Part shown: positions 38,548-49,322 of the stretch, one piece after another
How the letters are laid out: each line of letters starts with the position of its first letter
Numbering within the stretch: position 1 is the stretch's first letter
Assembly: GCA_964383365.1 (NCBI GenBank)
Contig: CAYLHF010000008.1
Location: 42,036-106,035, forward strand
Length of the DNA: 64,000 nucleotides
From: an uncultured Rhodothermales bacterium
Lineage (GTDB): Bacteria; Bacteroidota; Rhodothermia; Rhodothermales; UBA10348
Direction of reading: 5' to 3'
The notes under the pieces: model-generated
Database searches by the model: none
The model's input: the letters and a program-made list of their open reading frames with translations, nothing else
Told to the model about the DNA's origin: nothing
Program-made: the position numbers and the translations under genes

Positions 38548-40161
38548 ATGCCCCGGACGGTCTTATACGACAAAGTTTGTCAACTCCTTTTCCCGAGACT
38601 GGGTTCGAACATGAATCCGGTCATTACTGCTGAAGAGGATGCGGACAGGATCGAATCACTCCTCGAACGATGTCCGATCGGTGGCCTTGTTCTGTTCAAT
38701 GGAAGCCGCTATCGTACGCCACAAACACTGGCCCGCCTTCAGGCGGCAAGTCCGTATCCACTGCTCATCGCTACCGACATGGAGCGTGGTCTCGGCCAGC
38801 AATTGACCGGTGCAACGGTTTTCCCACACGCGCTCGCCTTCGATACGCTCGGAGACGAAGCCGACGAAATGATCGCCGTCTGTGCCCGGGCAGCAGCTAG
38901 AGAAGCCATCGCTGCAGGGGTTCACATCACGTTTTCTCCGGTCGCCGATGTCCACTCGAATCCGGCCAATCCAATCATCTCGACGCGGGCATTCGGGCGC
39001 ACTTCGACCGACGTGTCCGAGCGAATTGCGGCCTACATAGAAGGATGCCATGCCGAAGGGCTCCTCACGACCGCCAAACATTTTCCGGGTCACGGCGATA
39101 CCGATTGCGATTCACATGAGACGATTCCCGTTGTCGAACGAAAACGCGAAGGATTGGACAAGATCGAACTTCCGCCGTTTCGACGAGCCATAGAAGAGGG
39201 GGTCGATCTGATCATGACGGCTCACGTATCGTATCCCGCACTCGATGAAAGCGGGCGCATTGCTACCGAATCGTCGGCCATCCTGATCGACCTGCTCAGG
39301 GATGAATTCGGGTTCAAAGGGGCGGTCATCTCGGACAGTCTGCTCATGACCGGTGCAGACTCATCGCGATATAGTGAGGGAGAACGAGCGGCAAATCTGA
39401 TTAATGCAGGCATTGACATCCTGCTCGATATTTCCGATCCGGAGTTGGTGGCCGATTACCTCGTCACATCGATTCGGGGCGGTGGGATATCAGAAAATCG
39501 TATTGACGAGGCTTTTAACCGGGTCTGCGCTTTGAAAAGAACCCTCAGCACCCGTTTCGGGTCGAGTTTCTTTTTGGATCCGTCTGACGCCATGCCGCTG
39601 AGCGTCGTCGGATGCGACGAGCATCGGGCTACGGCGCGCGAAGTGGCCTCGCGATCTATACGCGTTGTATCGGGTTCCCTCGACGGAGTTCGTCTGACCA
39701 CACAGGGGATCGCTTCAAACGGATTCCTCGTGTTGTACGTACGGCCACACACGACCTATAATGACCCAACGGCCAGTTCGTTTGAATTGGCGGTTCAACG
39801 AACGTTTTCATCCGTTCGGTTCGAGGAGATCGGGCCGGATACACCGCAGGGTGTTCTGGATGGTTTGTTGGAGATTGCCCGATCGTTCGAAGGTGTTCTG
39901 GTAGCCGCTGCCGTGAAGCCGGCCGCATGGCATCGATTCGGTCTGTTACCCGAACAGAAAGCATTCATCCGGTCACTGACACAAGCCTGTCCGGTGATTG
40001 TTGGCGCGCTGGGATGCGAGGAAATGCTCCTTGATTTTCCTGATACAGCACTCGGATTCTGTACGTATAGTGACGTGGAGGATTCCCAGCGCGCCCTCCT
40101 GGATCGAATACAATCACTCGTTCGAACACCGGGACCCTTCCCGTCCATGACTTTCAGATGA
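38548..40161 (+). CDS. Glycoside hydrolase family 3 (NagZ-like beta-N-acetylhexosaminidase) with extra C-terminal domain
   Basis: 'TDMERGLGQ', 'KHFPGHGDTDCDSH' and 'GAVISDSLLM'. Confidence 0.8.
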   Translation: MPRTVLYDKVCQLLFPRLGSNMNPVITAEEDADRIESLLERCPIGGLVLFNGSRYRTPQTLARLQAASPYPLLIATDMERGLGQQLTGATVFPHALAFDTLGDEADEMIAVCARAAAREAIAAGVHITFSPVADVHSNPANPIISTRAFGRTSTDVSERIAAYIEGCHAEGLLTTAKHFPGHGDTDCDSHETIPVVERKREGLDKIELPPFRRAIEEGVDLIMTAHVSYPALDESGRIATESSAILIDLLRDEFGFKGAVISDSLLMTGADSSRYSEGERAANLINAGIDILLDISDPELVADYLVTSIRGGGISENRIDEAFNRVCALKRTLSTRFGSSFFLDPSDAMPLSVVGCDEHRATAREVASRSIRVVSGSLDGVRLTTQGIASNGFLVLYVRPHTTYNDPTASSFELAVQRTFSSVRFEEIGPDTPQGVLDGLLEIARSFEGVLVAAAVKPAAWHRFGLLPEQKAFIRSLTQACPVIVGALGCEEMLLDFPDTALGFCTYSDVEDSQRALLDRIQSLVRTPGPFPSMTFR

Positions 40162-40162
40162 T

Positions 40163-41083
40163 ATGATTCGTCCACTCGTACTCGCCTGCTTCGTCCTTTT
40201 GTTGAATCAGGGCTGCCAACCCGCGGAAAAATCCATGGACCGTTCGAAGTCGATCAACGATGCGATAGACCCACTTCTGGCGGACTACCCCGACGCAACG
40301 GTAGCCGTTTTTATCGATGATCCGGCGACGAACACGCAGGTATCTGTCAATGGGGATCGTCTCTTTCATGCTGCCAGCACGATGAAGATTCCCGTTCTGA
40401 TCGAGCTGTACAGACGGGTAAAGAGTGGTGATGTCTCCCTGGAGGATTCCGTACGGGTCGAAAACCGGTTTCGATCTATCGTCGACGGGTCACCATTCTC
40501 TATCGCAGACGACTCGGATGACGAAATTTATCATCGTCTTGGTCAGCAAATGTCCTTCAGGGACCTGGCGTATCAGATGATTACGGTATCGTCAAACCTG
40601 GCTACCAATATTCTCATTGAAAGGCTGAATGCCGATTCGGTACAGGCCACAAGCGAGCGGCTGGGAACAGAGAACATGCAAACATTGCGCGGCGTCGAGG
40701 ACCTCAAGGCGTATGACCTGGGTCGGAATAACCGCGCCACGGCACGGGATCTGGGTACGCTCCTGACCGCTCTTCGAGACGGTAAAGCCGTGACCGAAAC
40801 GGCAGATTCGGCGATGATCGATATGCTTCTTGATCAGCACTTCAACGACATGATTCCGGCCGGACTCCCTCCTGACGTTCGCGTTGCCCACAAGACCGGT
40901 TCCATCACCAGGATACATCACGATGCAGCGATCATCTATCCCCCCGACTCACCGGCGTATGTTCTGGTCGTGATGACCGAGGGAATCGAAGAAGACTCCG
41001 TATCATCGGTACTCGGATCGCTCCTCTCTGAGCGTGTACTCGGCGTACTCCGGGGCACCCCGATTTCCGCCGAATCAAAATGA
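40163..41083 (+). CDS. Class A beta-lactamase-related serine hydrolase
   Basis: Signal peptide, S-x-x-K 'HAASTMKIPVLIELY', an SxN-like 'TVSSNLATN', and 'HKTGS'. Starts 1 nt after the GH3 stop. Confidence 0.65.
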   Translation: MIRPLVLACFVLLLNQGCQPAEKSMDRSKSINDAIDPLLADYPDATVAVFIDDPATNTQVSVNGDRLFHAASTMKIPVLIELYRRVKSGDVSLEDSVRVENRFRSIVDGSPFSIADDSDDEIYHRLGQQMSFRDLAYQMITVSSNLATNILIERLNADSVQATSERLGTENMQTLRGVEDLKAYDLGRNNRATARDLGTLLTALRDGKAVTETADSAMIDMLLDQHFNDMIPAGLPPDVRVAHKTGSITRIHHDAAIIYPPDSPAYVLVVMTEGIEEDSVSSVLGSLLSERVLGVLRGTPISAESK

Positions 41084-41141
41084 TTGAACCGAAATAGGTA
41101 TCTTGACCGGTGTCCTAGTCAATAATTGAGAACGCATAGTC

Positions 41142-41909
41142 GTGCTTCGTCGTCTTCTATCCAGGTTGTCCAATCGCAAATCGACGACATCTGAAGGTCG
41201 CGTAGATCGAGTCGTCCTGGAGCGACTTACGGGTCATTCCATCAGGAACCTTGCGATCTACGAGCGTGCACTCACCCATCGGTCGCTTCTTCGGTCTGAA
41301 AAAGACGCACTCCTTCGATCAAACGAGCGACTGGAGTTTCTCGGCGATGCCATCCTGGGTATGTTCGTGGCCGAGCATCTTTTCCACACGTTTCCCGATC
41401 GCGACGAAGGATATCTGACACGGCTACGAGCCAAGCTGGTCAGCGGGAAGGCGCTGGCAAAGCGCGCGACGAACATCGGACTCGGAGCGTTCATCCTAAC
41501 CGGACCGGGGACACTCGACGCGAACGGACACCTTACAGGTAGTATTCTGGCAGATGCGTTTGAGGCAGTAATAGGCGCCATTTATATAGATCTGGGTGGA
41601 GAAGCAGCGAGGGAATTTGTCCATCGAACCGTGATCGATGGAGTTGATCTCGAACACCTGGCAGAGACCAAAGACAACTACAAGAGTCTGTTTCTGGAAT
41701 ATGCCCAGGCCAATAAATGGCCACAACCCACGTACCGGGTCACCAGTGAAGAAGGCCCGAGCCACCGAAAGGTATTCGAGGTCGAGGTGATGCTCGATGG
41801 AAAGTGTCTTGGATCCGGTTCGGCTAAAAGCAAGAAAACGGCCGAGCAGCGTGCCGCAAGACACGCCCTGGACGTCTTGCGGTCTGAGAATGGATCAGAT
41901 CCCGTGTGA
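41142..41909 (+). CDS. rnc: Ribonuclease III
   Basis: 'NERLEFLGDAILG' and 'LADAFEAVIGAIY', with a C-terminal dsRBD 'GPSHRKVFEVEVMLDG...GSGSAKSKKTAEQRAA'. GTG start. Confidence 0.92.
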   Translation: MLRRLLSRLSNRKSTTSEGRVDRVVLERLTGHSIRNLAIYERALTHRSLLRSEKDALLRSNERLEFLGDAILGMFVAEHLFHTFPDRDEGYLTRLRAKLVSGKALAKRATNIGLGAFILTGPGTLDANGHLTGSILADAFEAVIGAIYIDLGGEAAREFVHRTVIDGVDLEHLAETKDNYKSLFLEYAQANKWPQPTYRVTSEEGPSHRKVFEVEVMLDGKCLGSGSAKSKKTAEQRAARHALDVLRSENGSDPV

Positions 41910-42084
41910 AGACATCGCAGAAATGGACGCGACCTCGTGAATCTGCCGAGTATTCTTTTCGATCCTGAAAGCACATTCAACACCGTCGACGTAAGTTCGC
42001 GGCCGACGGGACTCACGCCGCTACCGTTCCGACTTCAGTTCGATCTAATTGTATGCGCCTATCGCGCGCCGAATCAGTACTGAC

Positions 42085-44979
42085 ATGGCCATTTCACTTT
42101 CGCCGACCGACCGTTTCAAGGACAGACACACGGGGTCTTCTCCGGCACAGGTTGCCGACATGCTCGAGACACTCGGCATAGAGTCTCTCGATCGGTTGAT
42201 CGAGCAGACCATTCCGGCGTCCATTCGGATGGAGGGCGATCTGCGTCTACCCGAACCTCTGACCGAGAGTGAGCTTCTCGAGCAACTCGCCACACTTGCG
42301 TCGAAGAACATGCGCTTCCGATCCTATATCGGAATGGGGTACTCCGGGACGATTACGCCTCCGGCCATTCAACGGGGCATACTCGAAAATCCGTCCTGGT
42401 ATACCCAGTACACACCGTATCAGGCAGAGATTTCCCAGGGGAGACTGGAAGCTCTCCTGAACTTTCAGACCGTCATTCTGGATCTGACCGGAATGGATAT
42501 CGCCAATGCCTCTCTGCTGGATGAGGGAACGGCCGCCGCAGAAGCCATGATGATGATTCGTCGCATGGACCGAAAGGGAGGTCGAACAAGATTTCTGATT
42601 TCTGACGCGTGCCACCCCCAGACCATTGCGGTCGTCGCAGCCCGGGCCCGGCCCATCGGAATCGACGTCGAAGTAGGTCCGGTGGATGGGTTTTCGTTCG
42701 ATACGACCGTCATTGGTGCCCTCGTTCAGTATCCGGACACGCACGGTGAAATCTGTGATTATGCACCGCTGTGTGCATCGGCCCATGAGCAAGGATCGTT
42801 CATCGTCGTCGCAGCCGATCTCCTGAGCCTGACCCTTCTGACTGAGCCGGCCACGTTTGGGGCTGATGTCGTCGTCGGAAGTACCCAACGATTCGGTGTG
42901 CCCATGGGATTCGGAGGTCCCCACGCCGCCTTCTTCGCCGTAAAAGAGCGGTTCAAGCGGCAGACTCCGGGAAGAATTATAGGTATCTCGACGGACGCTG
43001 ACGGAAAACCGGCGCTTCGGATGGCCCTGCAGACACGAGAGCAGCATATTCGTAGAGACCGAGCGACCTCCAACATCTGTACGTCCCAGGTGCTTCTCGC
43101 CGTGATGGCGAGTATGTATGCCGTCTACCATGGTCCGGGAGGGCTCCGGGCGATTGCGCGTCGTATTCATGATGCCACACGGGTTCTTGCCGCAGGCCTG
43201 AGGCGGTATGGGTATAGCTTGCGTTCCGACCGTTTTTTCGACACGCTCGTCGTCGATGTGTCGAGCCAGACGCAGTCGATCCTCCGGGAGCGGGCGCTCA
43301 CGAGTGAGATCAACCTCAGATATTTCGAGAATGGCAGTATCGGCATCTCTCTGGATGAAACGGTCACGGTCGATGATCTTCGGGATCTGCTCTCCATTTT
43401 CAACATCGATAGCGCCCGTTCCGACGATCCTCGTGTCGATATCTCCGAACTCATCGACTCCCCGGAAAAGGAAGCCGAACTGGCCCTGCCGAGAACCACC
43501 GCATTCATGGAGCATGAGGTATTCCGTCTGTACCACTCGGAGACTGAACTGACGCGGTATATGTATCGCCTGTCATCGAGAGACCTCTCGCTTACGGCCA
43601 GCATGATTCCACTCGGTTCTTGTACCATGAAGCTCAACGCTGTAGCGGAACTCGCGCCGATAAGCTGGGCTGGATTCAACAGCATACACCCTTTTGTACC
43701 CGAGAATCAGGTAAAAGGCTATCGTGAATTGACTACCCAGCTTGAATCCTGGCTCGCCGAGATTACCGGATTTTCGCGTACATCACTCCAGCCGAACAGC
43801 GGCGCTTCGGGCGAATACACCGGGCTGTTGACCATCCGGGCCTTCCAGGCGAACAGCGGCCAGGGCAAACGAGATATCTGTCTGATTCCTTCATCAGCCC
43901 ACGGAACGAACCCGGCATCGGCCATCATGGCCGGATTGAAAGTGATCGTTGTCGCATGCGATGATGCCGGAAACATCGATGTCGAAGACCTGCGCCGACT
44001 GGCCGGCGAACACGCCGATAATCTGGCCGCGTTCATGGTCACGTATCCATCGACTCATGGCGTCTTCGAGGAATCGATCAAAGAGATCTGTTCGATTGTG
44101 CACGAACACGGGGGACAGGTCTACATGGACGGTGCGAACATGAATGCCCAGGTCGGATATTGCCGTCCCGGAGATATCGGTGCCGATGTCTGCCACCTGA
44201 ATCTGCACAAGACATTCGCCATTCCTCACGGTGGGGGCGGGCCGGGAGTCGGGCCGATCTGCGTCGCCAGCCATCTGGCTCCGTATCTTCCGTCACATCC
44301 CGTCATGCCGGCTGATCAGGAGACGACGGCTATCGGTCCGGTCGCTGCGGCTCCGTTCGGAAGCGCGAGTATTTTGCCAATTTCATGGGCCTACATCGCC
44401 CTGCTCGCAACGGAAGGACTCAAGAGATCGACGCAAATGGCGATTCTCAACGCCAACTATATGGCCCACCGACTCGCTCCGTATTTCGACATCCTCTATA
44501 CCGGATCGAACGGCCGCGTCGCACACGAATTCATTCTGGATCTGAGGCACGTTCGACACGACACAAAGCTCACGGAAGTTGATGTGGCCAAACGACTTAT
44601 GGATTATGGAATTCATGCTCCCACGATGTCCTGGCCGGTGGTCGGAACCATGATGGTCGAACCCACCGAGAGTGAATCGCAGCCCGAACTGGACCGCTTC
44701 TGTGATGCCATGATTTCCATTCATGCGGAATTGAAGCGGGTCCTGTGCGGTCAGGTTAGTTCCGAAGACAGCATTCTCGCCAATGCCCCGCATACGGCCG
44801 AAATGACAAGCGCCAATGCGTGGACCCAGGTCTACTCCCGGGAAGAGGCAGCATACCCGTCCACAGCTTCCCGCCGATTCAAGTTCTGGCCGAGCGTCAG
44901 GCGTATCAACGATGCGGCCGGAGACCGGAACCTGATCTGCTCGTGTCAGAGCGTCGAGGCGTACGCAGAACCGAGTTGA
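42085..44979 (+). CDS. gcvP: Glycine dehydrogenase (decarboxylating), single-chain P protein
   Basis: '[29 protein letters not shown]' and '[16 protein letters not shown]' (PLP lysine). About 965 aa from Met 42085. Confidence 0.95.
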   Translation: MAISLSPTDRFKDRHTGSSPAQVADMLETLGIESLDRLIEQTIPASIRMEGDLRLPEPLTESELLEQLATLASKNMRFRSYIGMGYSGTITPPAIQRGILENPSWYTQYTPYQAEISQGRLEALLNFQTVILDLTGMDIANASLLDEGTAAAEAMMMIRRMDRKGGRTRFLISDACHPQTIAVVAARARPIGIDVEVGPVDGFSFDTTVIGALVQYPDTHGEICDYAPLCASAHEQGSFIVVAADLLSLTLLTEPATFGADVVVGSTQRFGVPMGFGGPHAAFFAVKERFKRQTPGRIIGISTDADGKPALRMALQTREQHIRRDRATSNICTSQVLLAVMASMYAVYHGPGGLRAIARRIHDATRVLAAGLRRYGYSLRSDRFFDTLVVDVSSQTQSILRERALTSEINLRYFENGSIGISLDETVTVDDLRDLLSIFNIDSARSDDPRVDISELIDSPEKEAELALPRTTAFMEHEVFRLYHSETELTRYMYRLSSRDLSLTASMIPLGSCTMKLNAVAELAPISWAGFNSIHPFVPENQVKGYRELTTQLESWLAEITGFSRTSLQPNSGASGEYTGLLTIRAFQANSGQGKRDICLIPSSAHGTNPASAIMAGLKVIVVACDDAGNIDVEDLRRLAGEHADNLAAFMVTYPSTHGVFEESIKEICSIVHEHGGQVYMDGANMNAQVGYCRPGDIGADVCHLNLHKTFAIPHGGGGPGVGPICVASHLAPYLPSHPVMPADQETTAIGPVAAAPFGSASILPISWAYIALLATEGLKRSTQMAILNANYMAHRLAPYFDILYTGSNGRVAHEFILDLRHVRHDTKLTEVDVAKRLMDYGIHAPTMSWPVVGTMMVEPTESESQPELDRFCDAMISIHAELKRVLCGQVSSEDSILANAPHTAEMTSANAWTQVYSREEAAYPSTASRRFKFWPSVRRINDAAGDRNLICSCQSVEAYAEPS

Positions 44980-45002
44980 GGCATACGCGGAAGAGATTGA
45001 AT

Positions 45003-45063
45003 CTCAGAAACCCGCGCCAGGCCGAAACCCGAACAACTCAGAAACCGGCGCCAGGCCGAAACC
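45003..45063. repeat. Two 27-nt direct repeats (26/27 identical, 34-nt period) in a convergent intergenic region
   Basis: 'CTCAGAAACCCGCGCCAGGCCGAAACC' (45003..45029) and 'CTCAGAAACCGGCGCCAGGCCGAAACC' (45037..45063). Confidence 0.85.
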
Positions 45064-45092
45064 AGCGATTCTCAACCTCAACCCAACCGGGC

Positions 45093-46010
45093 TCAGGACA
45101 GGTTATACAGTTTCCCGCTCAACGGTCGCCCCAGAAATTTGGATACACTTCGGGAACAGGCCGATACCCCGGGAATGGAAATTCCGGAATCGATACCCAA
45201 CTGATCGAGTAGCCAGACGGTGTCTTCTGTGGCAATGTTACCCGTCGCTCCGGGAATGAACGGGCATCCTCCCAGGCCACCCATCGACGTGTCGAAACGC
45301 GTGACGCCCATTTCGAGGGCAGCGGTCACATTGGCCAGTCCGAGGCCACGGGTGTCATGAAGATGAAGAACCAGATCTAGATCCCCGGTAATTGTACGCA
45401 CGGCCTCTATAGTGCGTCGTATGGATTCCGGGTTTGCCAGTCCGGTAGAATCCGCCAGGGAAAGAGACTCGAGCCCTGCTTCGGCGAATACCCCGGCCAT
45501 CATCAAAATGTCTTCGAGGGGCGTGTCGCCCGGCTTTGAGTAGCCGAAAACGGTCTGAAATCCCAACTGAATGTTCAGTCCTTCACGATGCCCGAGGTCT
45601 ATCATCCTGTGAGCGGCATCGATTCCCTCTCTGACGGACATATTGGTATTATCCATACCATGTCTCTCGTTCGTGGCAATCGACAGATCCACATGCGTCA
45701 GGCCCGATGCCGCGGCGCGCTCAACGCCCCTGGCGTTGAGCGCCAGACCGGAAAAACGCACCCCCGGTACCGTGCGGAATACATCCACGAGTTGCTCGGC
45801 ATCAGCCATTTGAGGGACTCGTTCCGGGTGAACAAATGACGTCAACTGGATTCTGGAAATGCCAGCGCTAACCAGATCCCGGACAATTTCGATCTTGAGA
45901 CTCGTGGGAATCGGTTTCTCCTCGAACTGGAAACCGTCCCTCGGACCGACTTCGCACAACTCGACGTGTCGGGGGTACTGCATAGTGTCAATTTTGATGA
46001 CTCGTTCCAT
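45093..46010 (-). CDS. Hydroxymethylglutaryl-CoA lyase
   Basis: 'CEVGPRDGFQ', 'HLHDTRGLGLANVTAALEMGVTRFDTSMGGLGGCPF' and 'GNIATED'. Start chosen at Met 46010; the longer listed ORF would overlap the divergent neighbour. Confidence 0.85.
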   Translation of the reverse strand: MERVIKIDTMQYPRHVELCEVGPRDGFQFEEKPIPTSLKIEIVRDLVSAGISRIQLTSFVHPERVPQMADAEQLVDVFRTVPGVRFSGLALNARGVERAAASGLTHVDLSIATNERHGMDNTNMSVREGIDAAHRMIDLGHREGLNIQLGFQTVFGYSKPGDTPLEDILMMAGVFAEAGLESLSLADSTGLANPESIRRTIEAVRTITGDLDLVLHLHDTRGLGLANVTAALEMGVTRFDTSMGGLGGCPFIPGATGNIATEDTVWLLDQLGIDSGISIPGVSACSRSVSKFLGRPLSGKLYNLS

Positions 46011-46120
46011 TTCTCGAACGTAACTTAAGAATTGCCAGGCCTTATTATCAGGATGTGTTCCCCCGGGTCGTAGGGCCGACAATCGCGATCCCTTCTCGTG
46101 TGTTTCCCGATAGATTCTAA

Positions 46121-48187
46121 ATGAAAATGAAAAAAATAGCCATTGTTGCTGCCACCACGGTCTGCATGATCGGCACGGCACAGGCCCAGCGAGCGACCAT
46201 TTCGGATACGCCTCTGAGTAACCGACAGGTGTCTTATCGGATGAATGTATCGCTCGATACGGATACCAGGACGGTGTCGGGAACGGAGCAGCTGACCTGG
46301 CGAAATCCAGACAGTAAACCGGTGACCGAACTCCAGTTTCACCTGTATCTGAATGCGTTCAAGAACAACCGGTCGACGTTTATGAAAGAGAGCGGTGGCG
46401 TTCACCGCGGATTCAAGGCGGATGACGATAATCCGTGGGGAGGAATTGATGTCCTGCGTATGCAGATCGCCGGAGATGACATCTCCCCCTCCATACCCTC
46501 CGGGGGAGGGACGGATCTGACCGATCAGATCCGATTTATTCAGCCGGATGACGGTAACGAAGACGATCAATCGGTAATCGCCGTCACGCTTCCCCGCCCC
46601 CTGGATCCGGGAGAGTCGATAACACTCGACATCGATTTTGAATCGCGACTCCCCGAAATCGTTGCCCGGACCGGCTGGAGTATCGGAGACTCGGGAGAAC
46701 CGTTCTTCATGGTCGCCCAGTGGTTTCCGAAGATCGGCGTTTATGAGATTCCGGGCCAGCGATTTGTCCCTGGCGACGCAGAGCACGGCCGGTGGAACAC
46801 CCATCAGTTCCATTCCAATACCGAGTTCTATGCCGACTACGGGACCTATGATGTCACGCTTGAAGTACCGGCTGACTATACGGTTGGCGCATCGGGGGTT
46901 CGAACAGGCGAGTCCGAGGCAGGTGGGACAAAAACCGTTCAGTACCGGGCCGAAGATGTACACGATTTTGCTTGGACGACCAGCCCGGATCTACTCGTTT
47001 TCGAAGATAAATGGGAGCACGTAACAATCCGTGTGCTGCTTCAGCCGGCACATGAAGCCCAGGCTCAGCGGCACATCGATGCGGCGAAAACCAGTCTGCA
47101 ATACTACGCAGACTGGGTGGGAGAGTATCCGTATACCACCCTGACCGTGGTAGACGGACTCGGTGGATCGAACGGAATGGAATATCCCACCCTCATCACC
47201 GCGGGAACCACCTACAAGTTACCGACCTGGTTACGAATGCTCGAACTCGTAACCATCCACGAATTCGGACATCAATATTTCTACGGGCTGATCGGGAGCA
47301 ACGAGTTCGAAGAGGCCTGGCTCGATGAAGGGATGAATTCCTATATCGAAACCCGTATTGTCGACGACAAGTACGGCCCGGGGAGTGTGATCGATTTCGC
47401 AGGACTCCAGATCAGCGATATCGGCGGCCAGCGGGTAGCCTACGCCATGGGCAATCCGACCCGAAGTGCCATGTTTACCAATGCATGGGAATACGTACCG
47501 GCGGCGGATTATTCGACCAACTCCTACATGAAACCGGCCACTGTGATGCACACGCTGGAACGGTATCTGGGCTGGGAAACGATGCAGGAATTCCTTCATG
47601 CATACTACAATAAATGGCGATTCAGGCATCCGACTTCGTACGATCTCCAACAGGTCGCGGAGGACGTCTCCGGGCAAGACCTGGATTGGTTTTTCGATCA
47701 GTTCATCTTCGGGAAGCGAGCGGTCGACTACGCGGTCTCGAGTCTGTCCAACCGACGGCTACTCTCGGAGAAAGATAGCCTGGCAGCAGTATCGGACTCG
47801 GATACGTCGGGAGATTCGTTATCAGCATCGAATGACCTCGAAGAAGACCACACCGCCGAAGACCGGATGTACCATTCCAGTGTCTGGATAGAACGCAAAG
47901 AAGAGGGTGTTTTCCCCCAGGAACTCAGGGTGACTTTCGATGACGGATCGACACAGGATCGATCCTGGGACGGAGCCGAAAAATGGATCGAGTTCACGTT
48001 CAAGAACTCCTCGAGAGTCGTACAGGCGGAGGTCGACCCTGACAATAAAATTCTTCTCGATGTCAACCGACTCAACAATCGAAAAGTGCTCGCTTCCCGG
48101 GCGGATACCGGACTGGCTCGTCACGTCCAGCTTCGGTTGATCACATTCTTGCAACAGGCCTTCGTCCTGATATCTGGTCTGCTCTGA
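46121..48187 (+). CDS. Secreted M1-family zinc metallopeptidase
   Basis: Signal peptide 'IAIVAATTVCMIGTAQAQ'. 'HEFGHQYFYG...AWLDEGMNSY' gives HExxH-x18-E with the WLxEG motif. Confidence 0.85.
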   Translation: MKMKKIAIVAATTVCMIGTAQAQRATISDTPLSNRQVSYRMNVSLDTDTRTVSGTEQLTWRNPDSKPVTELQFHLYLNAFKNNRSTFMKESGGVHRGFKADDDNPWGGIDVLRMQIAGDDISPSIPSGGGTDLTDQIRFIQPDDGNEDDQSVIAVTLPRPLDPGESITLDIDFESRLPEIVARTGWSIGDSGEPFFMVAQWFPKIGVYEIPGQRFVPGDAEHGRWNTHQFHSNTEFYADYGTYDVTLEVPADYTVGASGVRTGESEAGGTKTVQYRAEDVHDFAWTTSPDLLVFEDKWEHVTIRVLLQPAHEAQAQRHIDAAKTSLQYYADWVGEYPYTTLTVVDGLGGSNGMEYPTLITAGTTYKLPTWLRMLELVTIHEFGHQYFYGLIGSNEFEEAWLDEGMNSYIETRIVDDKYGPGSVIDFAGLQISDIGGQRVAYAMGNPTRSAMFTNAWEYVPAADYSTNSYMKPATVMHTLERYLGWETMQEFLHAYYNKWRFRHPTSYDLQQVAEDVSGQDLDWFFDQFIFGKRAVDYAVSSLSNRRLLSEKDSLAAVSDSDTSGDSLSASNDLEEDHTAEDRMYHSSVWIERKEEGVFPQELRVTFDDGSTQDRSWDGAEKWIEFTFKNSSRVVQAEVDPDNKILLDVNRLNNRKVLASRADTGLARHVQLRLITFLQQAFVLISGLL

Positions 48188-48220
48188 TTCTTTTTTACAC
48201 CCACTTTTACCGTTATTGAT

Positions 48221-49177
48221 ATGTCACAGCGTTTTATACAGTACGGCGTGAATACTGCGCGGTCCCGTCCGGGGCTCGCGGGACTGCTGTACGGGCTGAA
48301 TCTGATTGTCGGTCTTGTCCTGACGATCCCCATCTATATCGTTCTCAGCAGTGTCACCGCCGAAAGCGGCTTTGCCCCCGATCTGAGCAATCAGTTCGAC
48401 ATCATGTTGTGGACGAATATCATGCAGGATGCCGGGCCCGTGTTTCAGGCCCTGGTTGCACAATTGATCTGGATCACTCCCGTGTTTCTGGTTTGGAAGA
48501 TCGCATCGTCCGTAGGCATCCTGCACACGCTGGGAACGGATGGTAGCCGATCATTCTGGCAAGGCGTCGGAGAGTATACGCCACGGGGCCTCCTCGTCGG
48601 TCTGCTTTTTCTCGTTCCTCTCGTCGTGTTTCTGGTCGGTTTTGCGATCGTTGCCGGAGTCTTGTCGTGGGCTTTTCCGGGAGAAGTCGCCTCCTTCTGG
48701 ATTCGTCTCACCGTCCTCCCCATCTTCCTGATTCTGGGCATCGCGTTGCTGGACCAGATGCATGACTACGCCCGGATGGCACTCGTCATCGGACATCGTC
48801 CCGTGGTGGAATCATTTCTGTCCGGACTGAAATTCCCTTTCCAATTTGGGCTGTCAAGTACCATCTATATCATCTGGTTTGTCGTAGGCGCGAGTATTCT
48901 GATCCTGCCCACACTGATAGCTCAGTGGATGGGAGGTCTGTGGGTCGTTTTTCTGATCCAACAGGTCGTGTTGTTTGTCCGCGCCGGAGTCTCCGTGGGG
49001 TGGTTCGCCAGTGAACATGCCCTGTATGAAGCAGCCATAGCGCCCCCTGCAATCGCGGAAAATACGTATGCGGCATCTCCGGCGAGCACTGTGGAGACGT
49101 CTCCGGGGAGCACTCCGGCGACGCCTCCGGGGAGCACCAACGATACGTCCAGCGGGAGCGACGACGAAACAGCCTGA
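48221..49177 (+). CDS. Polytopic membrane protein of unknown function with S/T/P-rich tail
   Basis: At least 6 hydrophobic segments. C-terminal 'SPASTVETSPGSTPATPPGSTNDTSSGSDDETA'. I recognised no family. Confidence 0.5.
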   Translation: MSQRFIQYGVNTARSRPGLAGLLYGLNLIVGLVLTIPIYIVLSSVTAESGFAPDLSNQFDIMLWTNIMQDAGPVFQALVAQLIWITPVFLVWKIASSVGILHTLGTDGSRSFWQGVGEYTPRGLLVGLLFLVPLVVFLVGFAIVAGVLSWAFPGEVASFWIRLTVLPIFLILGIALLDQMHDYARMALVIGHRPVVESFLSGLKFPFQFGLSSTIYIIWFVVGASILILPTLIAQWMGGLWVVFLIQQVVLFVRAGVSVGWFASEHALYEAAIAPPAIAENTYAASPASTVETSPGSTPATPPGSTNDTSSGSDDETA

Positions 49178-49208
49178 ATCGGCACCGAGACATTCAGCAG
49201 AAACGAAC

Positions 49209-49244
49209 GAGCGCGCCGGGAGCTGTGTAGCACCCGGCGCGCTC
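49209..49244. terminator. Strong GC hairpin between convergent genes (terminator-like, no T-tract)
   Basis: Perfect 12-bp stem 'GAGCGCGCCGGG'/'CCCGGCGCGCTC' with a 12-nt loop. Confidence 0.5.
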
Positions 49245-49322
49245 TGTCGAAGATGCGACGCTGATTCACCCACCAAGATTTAAGCGTCGCAAAGCTGGAG
49301 GAGGTAGCTTTTCTTCAGACAA

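Noticed and set aside
41910-42084. Possible glycine riboswitch in the 175-nt leader of gcvP.
   Set aside because: I could not find the conserved glycine-aptamer cores (GGAGAG...CACCG..GGGCAA-type elements) on the plus strand. This needs an Infernal scan to exclude it formally.
42247-43536. Long antisense ORFs inside confidently assigned genes. Examples: 429 aa opposite gcvP; 386 aa at 17300..18460 and 268 aa at 19380..20186 opposite EPS genes; 290 aa at 11623..12495 opposite leuS; 283 aa at 29030..29881 opposite the aldehyde dehydrogenase; 312 aa at 46025..46963 opposite the M1 peptidase; 271 aa at 52336..53151 opposite rpoN; 251 aa at 22505..23260 and at 54767..55522.
   Set aside because: Each overlaps a gene with strong family motifs on the other strand. 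Their translations are Arg/Ser/Pro-rich with no recognisable motifs. This is the typical shadow-ORF behaviour of moderately GC-rich DNA.
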